Positions 27,201-41,400 of a stretch of DNA of 64,000 nucleotides are shown in pieces; the first letter of the stretch is position 1, and each line of letters opens with the position of its first letter. The notes under the pieces were generated by a model. It did not search any database. It was not told where the DNA came from and was given only the letters and a program-made list of their open reading frames with translations. Source of the DNA: Podarcis erhardii. Its lineage: Eukaryota. Location of the stretch: the NCBI GenBank assembly GCA_964252035.1, contig OZ176204.1. The stretch is one strand, 5' to 3'. The translations under genes and the position numbers were made by a program.

Positions 27201-30200
27201 TCTAAATCAGTGTGATGCAGAGCACAGCGTTAAGTTTTGGAAGTGGCAGATGTCGGTTTTAGATCTGTGCTAAGCCTTGAACTTCCATGCCTGTGGCAGC
27301 CCAGTGGGTGATCTCAAGAGATTGTTGTGAAGATAATGATATAAAAATGGCAACAAGTTGTAATGCCCAGAGCATGAGTTACGAGCTGGCAGTCCCTGAT
27401 TCACATCTCAGCTCATCCTTGAGTTTGTTGGCTCATCTGAGCTAAGCTGTTGTTCTCTGAACCTTGACCTCTCGTCTGAACATTGGGCATAATACCACCA
27501 ACCTATATGACAAGCTGCTGAAGATTACTGCGGAATCGTCAACTAAGTGCTGAGAAAAAACAACTGTGCTTTTAAATGTATGGTGTGGATGTGGCCTAGA
27601 CCTAGCAATCAGCACTACTGGAACTTCAGCTCAGTGGGAGACCCTTGGGCAATGAGGGTTGTGAAGGAATGAGAGTCTTTGCCACAAAAAGCATCCCATT
27701 GTTACCTTTGGAGAGCAGGATCTGACGGGTCCTGAAGGCCTGTCTCTTCTCTTCCCTCTGAAAGAACTGTCCTACTTGTTTGTTTCCAAGTGGAGGCCTT
27801 TGGTCTTCAGGATCATCAGAGGTATTGATTACTTTAATGGATGCAAGCAAATCCTGTGATCCCCTGCCCAGAGGTTGATCTGTTTCTTCTCTTTGTGTTC
27901 TGCAGGATACCAACAAGTTCACACTGCCCTCTCACTTTGAGGAAGGGAAGGAAAAATGCCCTTACGACCCTGCCCGGGGCTACACAGGTCTCATTGTGGG
28001 TATGTATGTGATTTCTCCTCCATATAACAGTTCGGCTTGGAATCCAGCTGGAGTGGGAGAAGCAGGCAGTGCCTCCTTTGAGTGGGGGTGTGGTGCTCTA
28101 GAGGAAGGCCATGCTCGCTCGTCATCCATCACCTGAGGGCCCACTGCATCTCCATCTCCCCCATCCCTTCCAGCACTTAAGTTTCCTTGCTCTTTTTGAT
28201 GTCAGAGCAGCTGTAATCTCCCTGCCTGTGCAGCACCTCGGCCTCTCTAGCCACATGGTGCGGCTGCTTCTCTTCCACTCTAAATGTGGCCGGAGTCATA
28301 AACCAACCAGGTGCTGCTGCATGACAAAATGACAGGGAAGTCATGGGTAGGTGATGCTCTGGTTATTCCTCGAATGCTCTCTTGGTACCTAGCTCTGTAA
28401 GGGAGTTATTATGCACCGGCACACACAATGGCCAAAGTCAATAAATCTCGGGAGCGGGTGTGGTTGTTATCAAGGGTGTGCTCTTCCTGCTTAGAGCAGG
28501 TGCAGAAGGGTTAGCTTAACAAGGAAAGAAGCGTTTCGGGCCAAGCTTTGTTAGAGAGATATTGATCAGACACATCCATGAGCAAAACCATTCAGAAAAC
28601 TGGCCTTTCCTTACTACTTTTGCTGCATTGTCTCGCAGATGGCAGTTTATATACGGCGACGCGCTACGAATTCCGCAGCCTGCCAGACATCCGACGCAAC
28701 AGGCACCAGAGGATTCTGAAGACTGAAGAATCCCCCTTGCACTGGTTGAATGGTAAGCCCCACTAATCCCAGAGCAGTACCTCTGGGATCTCTTGTCTCT
28801 TCCCACACTGGAGGTGGAGGGAGTCTTGTGTTTGTAAGGCCCTAGGTAGTGGTAGTACTCTTCCCAACTCTGAAGCCAGAGCGTGTCCTATTCCACTGCA
28901 GAAAGGAGCCTAACTGACTCCTGGATAGATCTGAACCCAGTTTGTTCCTAGTTCCCCTCTCTGTTGCCTATCCCATAGCCATGACACCCAGGCTTGAGAT
29001 CATTTAGAGTTGCTGTGTGAACACCATCTAGTGCCTCCTTTGGTAGCTCTCCCCTAAATATTGTGCCAACCCTTTCCCTCTCTCCTTGGTGTTTTCAGAT
29101 GCTGAGTTTGTGGCCTCCGTGCTGGTCAGGGAGAGTGTGCGCAACCCTGTGGGCGATGATGACAAGATCTACTACTTCTTCACCGAGAGAGCAGGAGAGG
29201 AGAGCACTTCTGTATTTGACAAGGCACAAGTGCCCAGAGTAGCCAGGGTGGCTCGAGTGTGCAAGGTAAAGAGATTGGTGTGTTGGAAAAAGCTTGAGTG
29301 TGCTGAAGGGCACCAGGAGGATTAATTCAGAATTTTATCTAGGAGTGCTTGGTGGTAGTGGGGAGACTCTTTCTCCTCATTTAAAAATGCCCCTCTAAGC
29401 CCTATAGTTACGGTGTCATTAATCTAAAAGGGAGCTTGGGATCAAATGAGATGTGTCATGGAAGATCTCTTGCAGGACATCCTGATATCTTGGGTTAAAA
29501 GGAATTGTGGGGGTGAGCTTTGCATCAAGGATGTAGTCCTAGGCAAGGGTTTCCCCCCCAGCTGTTTCTCCCTGTTCTGTTTTGACAGCTTTATCCCTTG
29601 CAAAAGTATTTGTAGGTTCCCCCCCTCCCGTCTTTTCTTTTTCTTCTCTCCCATGGCTTGGCAATATAGAAATCTAAACTATTTTTGAACAAGTCATTTC
29701 CAGTCTTTTTAAAAAATAACAGTTCAGAAAGGTCAAACAAAAACATTACTCTTGAAGTGGTGTTTATACACTGGACCTTTAGGGACACATGGCTGACTTT
29801 CTACATTCAAAGAAAAAGAACTAGGCTATGCAGATAAGTATCATCAAGCAACACTAGAAAAATCCCAGGTGCTTGGCTGCCCAAGTGCCCAAACATTGGA
29901 TAATGGCACCTGGGGATCTTGAGCATAGAGCCAGCCTTGCATGGGACAGACTACCTCAAATGTTAAAAATTTAAAATCTGAATTACGCAACCCCCCCCAT
30001 CTCTGACATTATGTATAAAGAGGCTCAGGCAACTCATATATATGAATCAGTCACCCCAAGAAAGGCTATAGGGAGAGGTAGTAACTCATCCAAGTTATGA
30101 ATGAATGAATGAAGACCCAAAGGCCCTTTTTCCTGGTAGGGTGACCAGATGGCTCCTGCACTTTTAATAGTTGTGCGCAAGAGAGAAATTCAGCAGGTGC

Positions 30201-33200
30201 AGCTTGCTTTTGCACCTGAATGCTGCATGTGCTGGCAGGTTATGCTCAGGCCTGGTGTGTATCTTCAGTTAAAACTAGAGTTGAATATTTGACTGAAGGG
30301 AGCAGGGCCACTTCTTAAGCAAGATCCTGATGGGGTGCAGTGCACAGAGCAATTTGAGAGGTGCAGGCTGAAGTGCAGTTTGGTCAGCCCAGTATGTAGC
30401 TGTGGAGGCTTGAGCCTCAGCTTTAGCCCTGCATGGACCTGGTGCTTTGCTTCAGCCACCTGTAGATTCCCTTTGCACGCTGCCAAGCCCTTTATTGCTC
30501 AAGTTCTAGATTGCAAAGCCTTATTCACAAGTTTTATCTGTGGCAAATATAACCATGATTATCCCTGTTAGCCTATTACTGTTCTATCCTGATTACCCTG
30601 TTGCGTCTCTTGAGATGGGTAGTGTCCATGGCTAAAACCCCTTTACAGCCCCTTTGTGTTGTTCACTGCTGTAGCAAAACTAGCTACTGGTGCTTAGGTG
30701 CCACAAAGCATCCAAAATGAAAGGAAGAGACAGTGTTGTACAGAGGGCTGAGTTTGGACCAGGGAGATTTGCAGTATGATCCTAACTAGGGTTGCCATAT
30801 GTCCTCTTTTTCCAGGACACGTCCTCTTTTTCATGGGTAGAGTGGTCATAGCGATCCATAGTTAAAAGCAGATGTCGGCAAATGTGTCTCTCCCCCCCCC
30901 CTTCAACAGCAACCCCAACATGTTTACCCAGAAATAAGCCTCACCAAGTTCAGTGGGACTTAGGAGGAAACACACGTGCTTGGGATAGACAACCTAGGTT
31001 TCCTGCTCAGCCAGAAAACTTTAGAGTCCCTGACTCTGAACCTGGCCTATCTCACAGGGCTGTTGCAAGGATAATGTCAAATAGTCCCTTGGGCACTCCT
31101 TGAGAAGAGCTATAGCTCCAGTGCGGGGGAAGCTAGCTAGATTTTTTTATCCCGGGTGAAACCTCCAGAGGGGCACCATTGAGGATCTCAGCATGTGTGT
31201 TTGTTTGTTTGTGTGTGTGTGTGTATACACAAATGCACATGGGGAGTGCCAAACTGGGTCTTAAACCCGGGTGAAAGAAAACCTAGTTTTGCCCTTGCCT
31301 TGAGGGTGGTGGCAGGCTGGGGGGGAGGGATGCAAATGTGATAAATGAAAAGGGCTAACCAAACCAACTGCAGTATACTGCAAGGACGAGCACTGAATCT
31401 CTTCTGCATGTGATGCCAGAGCACAAATAGCTCAGATAGAGGTGATACAGGCTTCTGTCTGTGCTCATGGCAAGGTGCCCTTGGCCCCAGAATGAGCCCT
31501 ATCACTCTAGGGACTGCGGCAGTTAGCACTGGACTTGGTGCTCACAAGGTTTTTGAGAGAGAGGCTTGTCAAAGCAGAAGTCCTTCCACTGGTTCTCCTC
31601 TGGGTGCTGCCAGCTCTGCCCAGGGCGTTGCAGTGAAACCCACGTTCCCACGGAGGCTATGCTGCCCACCCCCAACCTCTTATGAATGCAAGCCTCGGTG
31701 GCTTGAAAGCCAGAGTATTTCAAGTGCATCTAAGTGAGGGCAGGGCAGAGTCAACAAGGCTGCATGGGATCCATCTTTCAGCTGTTCTGACAGATGGTTC
31801 TGGGCCCTGGGAGCATCCAGGACTCTGCTTGTGGCTCTGAATTTATGCATCAGTCACCTTGGCTGGTTATACCTCAGTCCTTGTAACCAGGGCAGCAGCA
31901 GCAGCAAATTGGAGCAGGCAGGGAGAGAGAGAGAGAGGAATGGGAGAGTGAGCTTGGCCACGAGAGATTTAAGGAGCTTGAGATGTGTGCCTGATCACAA
32001 GGTTAAGAGGCTATTTGATTACTGCACATAAGTATGTTCCCAGGGAGAAAGCGCTGGGAGGGAGGCAGAAACAAGAGTCAGCAGCAGGATGTTAAAGCTA
32101 TGTACAATCAAATTGGAAACCAGGTTCTTACGAACAGAAACAAAGCAACAAGGGAGATTAGCGCCAACCGTTTGTGAAAGGGATGTGCGCCATTACACCC
32201 AGAGCCCTGTGTCTTTGGCATCAGGTGTTGCTTGTTTTCTCCAGGGCCTGAGGCTTCAGTTGCATCTTGGAAGGAGAACAGTCTTATCCGGAATACACAA
32301 GCTCCCTTGGCATTGTGCTCTGATCCTGGGTTTTGTCGGGGGGGGGGGGGGAGGGGGAGGGGTGATCAAGCCTCTCTCAATCCTCCTCCAAATGCTGGTC
32401 TTGCTGTGTTTGACTCACAGGGAGGCAGAAACACTTGCTTTCAGAAAGATCAGCCCAGATTAGTTACCCTATTATAGCACTGAGAGATGTTCAGGGGGCT
32501 CGTTTTACAGTAATTTTGAAAAAATATTGAGTCTTTCCTAGAGTGAACTAAGTTGTTAATCCTGGTTTGTTAATAGGTGGTTTTTTTCAGATGCCATAAG
32601 CAGACCCATGTAGTTTCCCAAGTGATGTGCATTTAAATGATTTTGATGTAAATGTTTAGAAGCTGCTGATCTGTTTCAGTAAAGCTCCAACTGAAGATGA
32701 GTTGGAGCCATCCTAGAAGACCTTGGTCCCAGCTTGGAGCAAACCAACATTAGTGCAGAACGTTCTGTTCACATATAGAATTCCCTTTGTTTATGACCAC
32801 AGTTTCCAGAGGGGTAGACCTCTTGCAGCAAAACCAACAAAGAGCCTCGAGGCACATCAAAGACAAACACATTTATTATGACATAGGCTTTTGTGGACCT
32901 ATAGTCCGCTTCATAAAATATATGAAGCAGAACATAGTCCATGAAAACTTGTGCCATAATAAAATAGTTGGTCTTCAAGGAGCCACAAAACTATTGATTG
33001 CTCATTTGTGGTTCCCTCCCCCACTGTCCTTGGGCTTTTCATGCACGGTGAAACTGTTCAAATGGGACCTTTCCATTGTATTGGAATCAGAGTTGGCCTT
33101 GTGCTTGGCTTTGCCTAACAGATATAAACTGAAATGGGACTTGGCTTTAGCCTCTGCCTCTCTTTCTTTTTCTGCATTCCAGAATGATATTGGTGGCAAG

Positions 33201-35396
33201 AAGATTCTCCAGAGGAAATGGACATCCTTCATGAAAGCAAGGTTGGCCTGCTATGTTCCTTACTATGAGGTACTGAAGGATGTTTTCAGTCTGGATGGTG
33301 GCGACTGGAGGAGCACCGTCTTCTATGCAACATTCACTTTATCAGCACAGTGGTAAGCCAAGCATGCTAACTGCGTGTTAGGTACTCGAGTAACTGTAAC
33401 CGTTCCGAAAAGATACATGGAGTCCGTTGAATTACACAAGTTCCATGTGCTGCCACCAGCAAAAAAGACAAACTAAATGCTAGGGATTATTAGGTAATGG
33501 TACAGAACACAGCGCAGGACGTGTCATGGTATCCTTGAGTACTGAATGTGGTTCTCAATCTCCTGCCTGCTGCATTGCAGAACTTGACTTGCAGTATGGT
33601 GCAGGACACAAACAGAGCAGATAGGCTGTTCAAGCAAGGGAACCTGGCCTTGCGCATTTCAGCATTCCAGGGAGCATCTGCATTCACTTGGGCAAATTGG
33701 TCCAGTCTCTGTATTCCAAGGCAACAGGTATGGATTCACCCCACCTCTGAAAGGTTTTCAGTGCTTGTTGCGGCACAATGCAAACATACGCCACACTGTT
33801 CAAAGCCTCATAAAAGACACCAAAGGAAAGTCAACTTGCATTGAATGGAAAGAAGGCCATTGTCAGTTGGTCCTCAGAGTAAAGAGGCTTTCAGCTGCTA
33901 AGACTGCGCTGGCTCTGCCAGTACCACTTGTTATATTCTCAGATACTTTTGCCCTCTGCTTCTGAGTGAGGCAGGAGGCTCGCTCCTCTGTTTCCAAGGC
34001 TGGCCTGCCTGTGCTTTTAAGCTGGACGGGGTCCACTGATGCTTTCATCCCACCTGAGCTCCAGTCAGTGGTGTGATGGTGGATGGAGGCTTTCAGTTTG
34101 GTTGCCAGCAAAATCCTCCTTGCCCTTGTAAGTATTTTGGCACTTGTGACTAATTCAGTTTGCCTGAGTGTTTCTTGCTGAGGGCAAGGAACAGATGGGA
34201 CACTCTGAGCACTTTGTGAGACAAAAGTCCTATTGGTGAGCATCCGTAGAATAGATTAATAATAGCTGCTTATGCAGGAGGTGGTGTGGGATGGGAAGGG
34301 GAGTCAGCTTAGCATTCTGGAAGGGCTCACTTTGGCTTAATTGGGAGCAAGGGCCAAACTGTTCGCCATACGGATTTTAACCACAGCAATAGGCGCTGTG
34401 CGACTTCACTGTTTGTGGACTGAGCCCAGTCTGAAGTCATAGCCAGCCTTTTGCATTTCCTGTTAGTTTTTAATGGTAGTATGAATTTTAACAAGTTGTC
34501 CTCGGCTAATTAGTAGCTTTGTGCTTGTAACATTTATCAAGTGGAAGGTTCACACTGGCAGCAAGATGGCACCCACTGAGCTACCATCCTCATGAGAGGG
34601 TAGCGGAACATCAGAGGCATTTATTAATGAGCACTGGCCGTTACATCTCAAAGGCTATTGAGAACGTACAGGGTATTTTGCACGTGGCCTTTTCGGGGAT
34701 GTCAGGGGAATGGTTAAAGAGACAGAACTGGGGCAGAAGTGGCAGCTGGTTGTTGTTATTATGTGACGATGAAGGAAAACCAGGGGGCTTTGCAGGGCTG
34801 ACAGTCTTCCCCACAGAATGACAGGAAATGAGGAAACCTCCAGGATTACACAGGAATATCCTGCTCGTGACAGAAAGTCATTTGACTCATTTGTCACAGA
34901 AGCAAAAGCTACCACTTACTCGGAATCTATTCTCTTGATCTGGCTTTGCACTGAGGGTGTGTAAAGGAGACCACTGCCAAATCCAGAGAAGAGTGCAAAA
35001 CTAAGAACTCACCATACAGCACAAAGTCCAGCAGGAGAAGCAAGCATTTGCAAGCATCAGCATGAATTAACACTACAGGGATAAAGGAGTCCAGTTGGAG
35101 ATGGCCCAAAATATTTTGGTGTTTGAGAATGAAGATATAAATGTTGCTACTGTGACAGCAATTTGCTGTTGTTTAATGGTACCTCCAAAATCTGCTGCCT
35201 GGGGCAGGCGGACTTTCCCCTGTCTAATGGTGAATCCAGACTCCCCGCCCCCCCCCAAGTCCAGTATCTCTCATGCAGAAAGGCCACACAGGTGCAAGGT
35301 AACATTTTCCAAATACTGGCTGGAAGTTCATGGAGGGATAGCAGGAAGACAGATGCAATGATAGCCAGTAAGTGGTAGCAAGGACAGGTGTGATAT

Positions 35397-35459
<63 letters not shown>

Positions 35460-38400
35460 TTTCATAAAATGTATACACCACTAGATTATTGAAAGAAAAA
35501 AAATACTCAAAGCGGTTTATAGAGAGAATAAAACAATGCTGGGGATACAGCTGCAAAGAGAGGGCAGGGACCCTGAGAGATAGTCTTGTTCAGGTACAGA
35601 ATACCAGGACTGGCTCCAGGTTTTAAAGGCCAGAGTGCCAGCTGGCAGGCCCCAGCAGACCTACTCGGCAGTGGCAATGGGGTAGCAAGTACCAGGCAGC
35701 ACCACTGCAATGCAGTGCTGAGCAGCTGGGCCCATAATGATTCAGAGCAGTACTGCATTGGGGGGCACTGCAGAAAATTTTAAATAACAGCTCAGATACA
35801 GCCTCCCAACAAAGGGGTGGGGGTGGGGGTGGGAGGCATAAGCATAGCTGGGGGAAATTCTGCTGACGCTCCAGCAGCTGCACAAGTCTTCTCAAGTGAG
35901 CCATTTCATCTTGGTGCAGGGACTGATTACTCTTCCAAGCTCCGCCTGGCAGCAGAGAGTGAAAGGGATTAAAGGTGTTGCCCTGTCACTCAGACCTTTG
36001 CACAGTTTATGGCACCAGAGCTTTTGGCTGCCTCAAGCAAAGGTTCTCAGAGGCAAGTGGAGTCTTGGGTAGTGGATGACAGTGCCTTGCTGGCCAGATG
36101 CACAGGAGGACAGAACAACTGCGCTTTTAACTGTTGAGTAGAAGAGGGAAATTCAGGAGGTGTAGCTGCTGAAACTCCCTCTTCCATACAGCCATTAAAC
36201 TTATAGGAGCCCCATCCTCTTGTGGATCTGGACACTCCAGATCTATAGTGAGGTATATAAGAACTGTTTGTACCATCAGCTGCTCATGCTTTTTAAAATA
36301 ACTTGTTCAATTACTTTTAATATAAATGTGTAAAACATTTTAAAACTTTTACATATGCGTGTTTCTCTATCTCCACTCCAGTCACCTAGCAGCTACTCAC
36401 TCCTGAATTGCTTCTTTTGTTCTCCCTTATCAAAGGCTGCTAGTCTGGCTCCACTGACATTCTGCCAAAACAGAGTGGGGGGCAGCAACCTTTTTCAGCA
36501 GTGGGCAGGTCTACTGTCCCTCAGACCATGTGGTGGGCCAGACTATATTTTGAAAAAATATATATATGAATGAATTCCTATGCCCCACAAATAACCCAGA
36601 GATGCATTTTAAATAAAAGCACACATTCTACTCATATAAAAAAACGCTGATTCCCGGACCGTCTGTGGGTTGGATTGAGAAGGCGATTGGGCCGCATCCA
36701 GCCCACGGGCCTTAGGTTGTCTACCCCTGCATTAGAGTCCCTATAAAGTGGCAGTGCCTGGGCAGCCAACTGCTTGAGAAAAAGGTTGCTAGAATGCTGC
36801 CTTACCGGTAGAAACAACTGCTGCTAACTGCTAGACTTAAGAACCCTGTAGTCATGACCTAACTCTCCACAGCCAAGATAGATTTTGCAGCTGATCTTGT
36901 GGCCTTTTTTTTTTTTTTTTAAGGCTACTGCCTGTCCCTGAAACAAGAAATGTTTTCTGCAGAGAAGCGCAGGGATGCTTCATTCATGGGCCAGGTTGTA
37001 TCCAATCTTAGGCTCTATCTAATCCGTTTATCTGGAATGGGAGAATAATTTTCCTGTAAGTCAAGTGTGCTGGTGACGATACCCAGGATTTATTGCATTC
37101 TCCTCCAACATGCAATGTCATAGACTTTGTTGAGCCATCTGGGTTTAGTTCATGAAACCTGTTCCCTATTGGTCAAACCAGATGATCTTCAGATTCCTTG
37201 CGGCCCTATAGTGCTACAAGGATCGTTTTATGTTGAGGGTGGGGAGCGTGTGGCTCTCCCATCATCTCTGCCCACTGACCATGCTGCTTGGGGCTGATGG
37301 GAGTTAAAGAGTACAGCAATATCTGGAGCACCACAGGTTTCCCATGCCTGGTTTCTGTGGACCCAGAGGAATTAGCAAGAAGTGGAAGGCTCTGGTCCTG
37401 TGCTATGACCATGTCACCATGCCTTTCAGGAGGAGCATGGAGGTGTCTGCCATCTGCCGGTACAACATCTCTGAAGTGCGGGCAGCCTTTGAAGGGACCT
37501 ACATGGAATACCAGGACTCCTCCCGCAAGTGGTCCCAGTACACCGGGGAGGTGCCAGTGCCCCGGCCAGGATCAGTAAGTTACTTACCCAACTTAATAGC
37601 CCTTAAACATCATTGATAATATTCTATTTAAGTCAGTTTGGAATAATGGCTGGCTTTTAGTTTTTGAACCTGAGTTTTGTTGGGTTGGTGCTGGAGGTTT
37701 TAATCAGTGTCAGACTTTATGGCTGGATTTTATCTACTGCTGTGTTGGTTTTTCTGATTTATAGTTTTGCTGTTCATTTAAATTTTATCTATTTGTCTGG
37801 GTGCATGTCACCTAGAGAACAGTTTTTTATTAGGTGACTCATGCACAGAATAGCATAAATAAATAACATCTTACTTTGCCTCTTGTCTCAGATAAAGGAG
37901 GCGGGAGGCACTCTCTTCCACCCAAGGAACACAAGAGTGCTCATAACTAAAACAGACTAATATGCACCATTCCATACTGAGGGTGAAGGTTGAGGGCGAA
38001 GGTTGAGGGCTCCCCTACCCAAAAAAAATCCATACCAGCAGAAAAGTAGAAGATTCTCCAATTAGGCTTTTCACAGGCATTCTAGGTTTGAGTTGCATGT
38101 AGGGTTGTGTTCAGTCTCTTACCTGCAGATTGAAATACAACAAGCCTGTCAACTGGTGTATCAGAAGGGGTATTTGTTTATATGCTTTAGCTATTAGAGC
38201 AGGGGTGGAGAACCTGTAGTCCTCCAGCTGTTGTTGGACCCCAGCTTCCATCAGTCTCAGCTAGCATGGCCAAAGGTCAAGGATAATGGGAGCTGAAGAC
38301 CAGAAGCATCTTGAAGCTAGGTGTGCAAATAACACCCATTTCTCCTCTGCAGTGCATCACCAGTCGGGCTCGCAAGAATGGCTACAACACCTCCCAGGAC

Positions 38401-41400
38401 CTGCCCAATGGTGTGCTGGATTTTATCAAGCTCCATCCACTGATGTATGAAGAGGTGAAGCCTGCGGATGGAGTCCCCCTGTTGGTGAAGAAAAATGCGG
38501 TTTATACCCAAGTAGCTGTAGACAGAGTCCGAGCCCTGGATGGGCGAGTGTATGACATGCTCTTCTTGGGAACAGGTAGGTGTGTTTGCATTCCCCATGC
38601 ATATCTAAGTGTCTGTGTGTCCTCATCTGTTAGGACAGAACACACATCTAGGGAGGTTACTCGTTGTTCTCACCCCTCTCAACCTTGTATTGGAATGTAG
38701 AGGAGACAAAGAGTGCAACCCTATTATGCTTTCTAAGCTTTCCAAACCTGTGTTTTTTTAAAGGAGACACAGTTGGGGTTTCTGTATGCTGCAGAGCCTC
38801 CCTTTCCCCAAGCTGTTCCAGTGCCACTCAGTTCTAATTGACAGCTACTATGCTGTGCTTAACACTACTAAGCTGCAAACAGACATACCTGTAAACAGGT
38901 ATGGTTGCTTTCCTCCCCCCCCCCCAGGTCAGCCTTGCTTTTTCTGGCTTTTGCTCTTCAAAGGACAGAGAATCAAAGGTTGATTACCTGTTCTTCTTTG
39001 CCCCTTTTCTGTCACTTAGGCAGGCTTTGTGGGTTTTTGTCTCTCTCGAACATAAAAGGTTATATTCCTCTTAAGTTCTACTCCAAGTGATGCTTTTTTG
39101 ATGACAAAACCCCAGCATCAAATCAGTTCTGGACAATTGCTCTGAGAAAGGGAGTGGTGGCTTCATGATTGCCAGTGAAGTTCCACTATGGAACTTGGGC
39201 AGTTACAACTTTGTGCCTGTTTAGAATTCAGTTGAACTCCTCTCAGAACTACAAATCCCATTATTCTGGGGAGAGGAAAAGAACAGGAAAAGAAGTGACA
39301 AAACTGTTGTCCTGCAGCATAGACTGGCTCTACAGTGTTCAGGCACACTTAGGCTTCTTGTAAATCTGGAAGTAGACAGATCCTCTCACTTGCCAACCAG
39401 ACCCTACACAGGGCTAGCACCTTGAATTTTGCTTGCATGACTGATGTCAAGAATGAGACTGTGTTTGAAATTGCCTTTTTAATGTTTACTCCCCTTTAAC
39501 AGGTAATGGCTGGATTCACAAGGCTGTGGTCATTGGTTCCATGGTCCACATCATCGAGGAGATCCAGGTCTTCAAAGCCCCCCAGCCTGTAGAGAACCTT
39601 GTCATCTCTAAAAAGCAGGTACATGTGGCTTCAGACCCCACCCAAATGCTCTTGGTGAAGGCACACATGCACTGTGAAAAAGCAAAGCACCAACAAGGGT
39701 GCAGTAAACAAATGTTGGGAACAGGCCTATGTCAGCTGGAGAACCAATTCAGGATAGTCTGGACTTCATTGCTAACCTATGTCCTGCACACTTCTCTCTA
39801 CCAAAGTTGTAAGATAGTCACTTTTTCTTCATACCACTGTAACAGGAAAGAACTATCCATATTAGCAAACGCTCTGTCAAGGTGTGGTTCCCTTTTACAC
39901 CTTTCACCTTGGAAGGAAAAAAAAATCATAAGCTTGTGGAACGTGGGTGGTGTTTTTCTTATGTATTCTGACTCTGTGCTGTCTCTGCCAATAGGCAGCC
40001 CTCAATAAAACTGTGCCTTGAGGGTGTTTATTTGGCTTTGCCTGTAGCTAAGGTGGTTCCCACCCAGTGTCCAAAGGCCCTGTCATGCGCTGTCCTGCCT
40101 CGTTGGAGGCCTTTGCTCAGCAGTCTGGAGCTTGTTCCTCCACATTCCTTGCAAAGCTGCACAAGTTTAAAAGCTTCCCTTTCCAGCTCCCAGGAAGGAC
40201 TGCCATTTTTTGTGACTTAACAGATTCAATTAATTCTGTATGCATAATTTGCATGCCGCCTTTTCACCATCCAAACCATGCTCAAGGCGGCTTACGACAT
40301 AAATTCAGCATAACGAAAGAAGTCATAAATAAACAAAACATCAAAAAATACACAACCAAGCTGAACAATTTCCACATAAATCACAAGGTCTAAAATAAAG
40401 ATACACAAAAATCAACAGCAACAACCCCCCAGCAACAAAACACCCCAGCCCAAGAGTCTGTTCAGCAGCCTCAACTGATCCAGACCCCACCCTCACAGGC
40501 CAGGTGGGAAAAGGCTTGCAAGGCAGGGAGCAGGTCTTCCAGCCAATATGCTTTGTGCCTCTATGATGACAAGCAGGAGGGGGGGAAATCACTAGGTAAG
40601 AACCTCCATCCTAGCAAATGCTGCATCTGTTGAATTCTTCAGTTCCCGTCAGGCAAAAGAGCAGCAGCCCTATTTGCAGCTCAGTCCCTAGTTCCTTTCT
40701 CAGTGTGACAGTGAAGGTTTATGCCTCCCTGGTACAGCTGTCAGGGGAATTTGTGTGATGTACTGCAGGTGGGATGATATTTTAGTACTATAATATGTGC
40801 AGTCATGTGTGGTTCTGCAGGCTCCTCTGGATCTTGTTAAGACTACAATTCCCATCATCCTTGACCACTGACCGTGTGCTGGGGGTCACAGGAGTTGCAG
40901 TGCAGCTACATATGGAGGGTACCACATGGGCTAACACCCTTCCTGCTTTCTCTTTGGGCTCTTTTTCTAGGACTGCCACTTTTTTGTTTTTTACTGGCTC
41001 TGCCCCAGTTCCTTGCATTAGCCATCAGCCAGACATGCAAATATTTAGTTGGTTGTGTTTTTCCTGGCTTGGAGATAAAAAGGGTGGAGAAAGCTTAGCC
41101 AGGCAAACGCCTGCATGTCATGCTGCTGTTAAAAGGAAATAATGTAGATGGGACTCAAGGAGGGACTTTTCCTGGCCTTTGTTCTTTCTCTTTCATTTCA
41201 AGCATCTCCCTCCGAGTGGTCAGCAGGGAATGCAACTCTGCCCTCAGACTTTTTTTGATGTTAGGGTGGCTTTGGAGAGGCAGCAAATCTACGCACCAGG
41301 TGGTGTACAGCAGTAGGATAGCCTTGAGCTGGGAAGGATAAATGGCTGCAGGGTGACCCCAGTGATTTACTCTGGTACCCTGCTTCCCTCTGCTGGTCAA

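Noticed and set aside
32787-33182. Upstream part of the 189-aa ORF
   Set aside because: Chance open frame in the intron ahead of the true exon at 33183 (clear acceptor).
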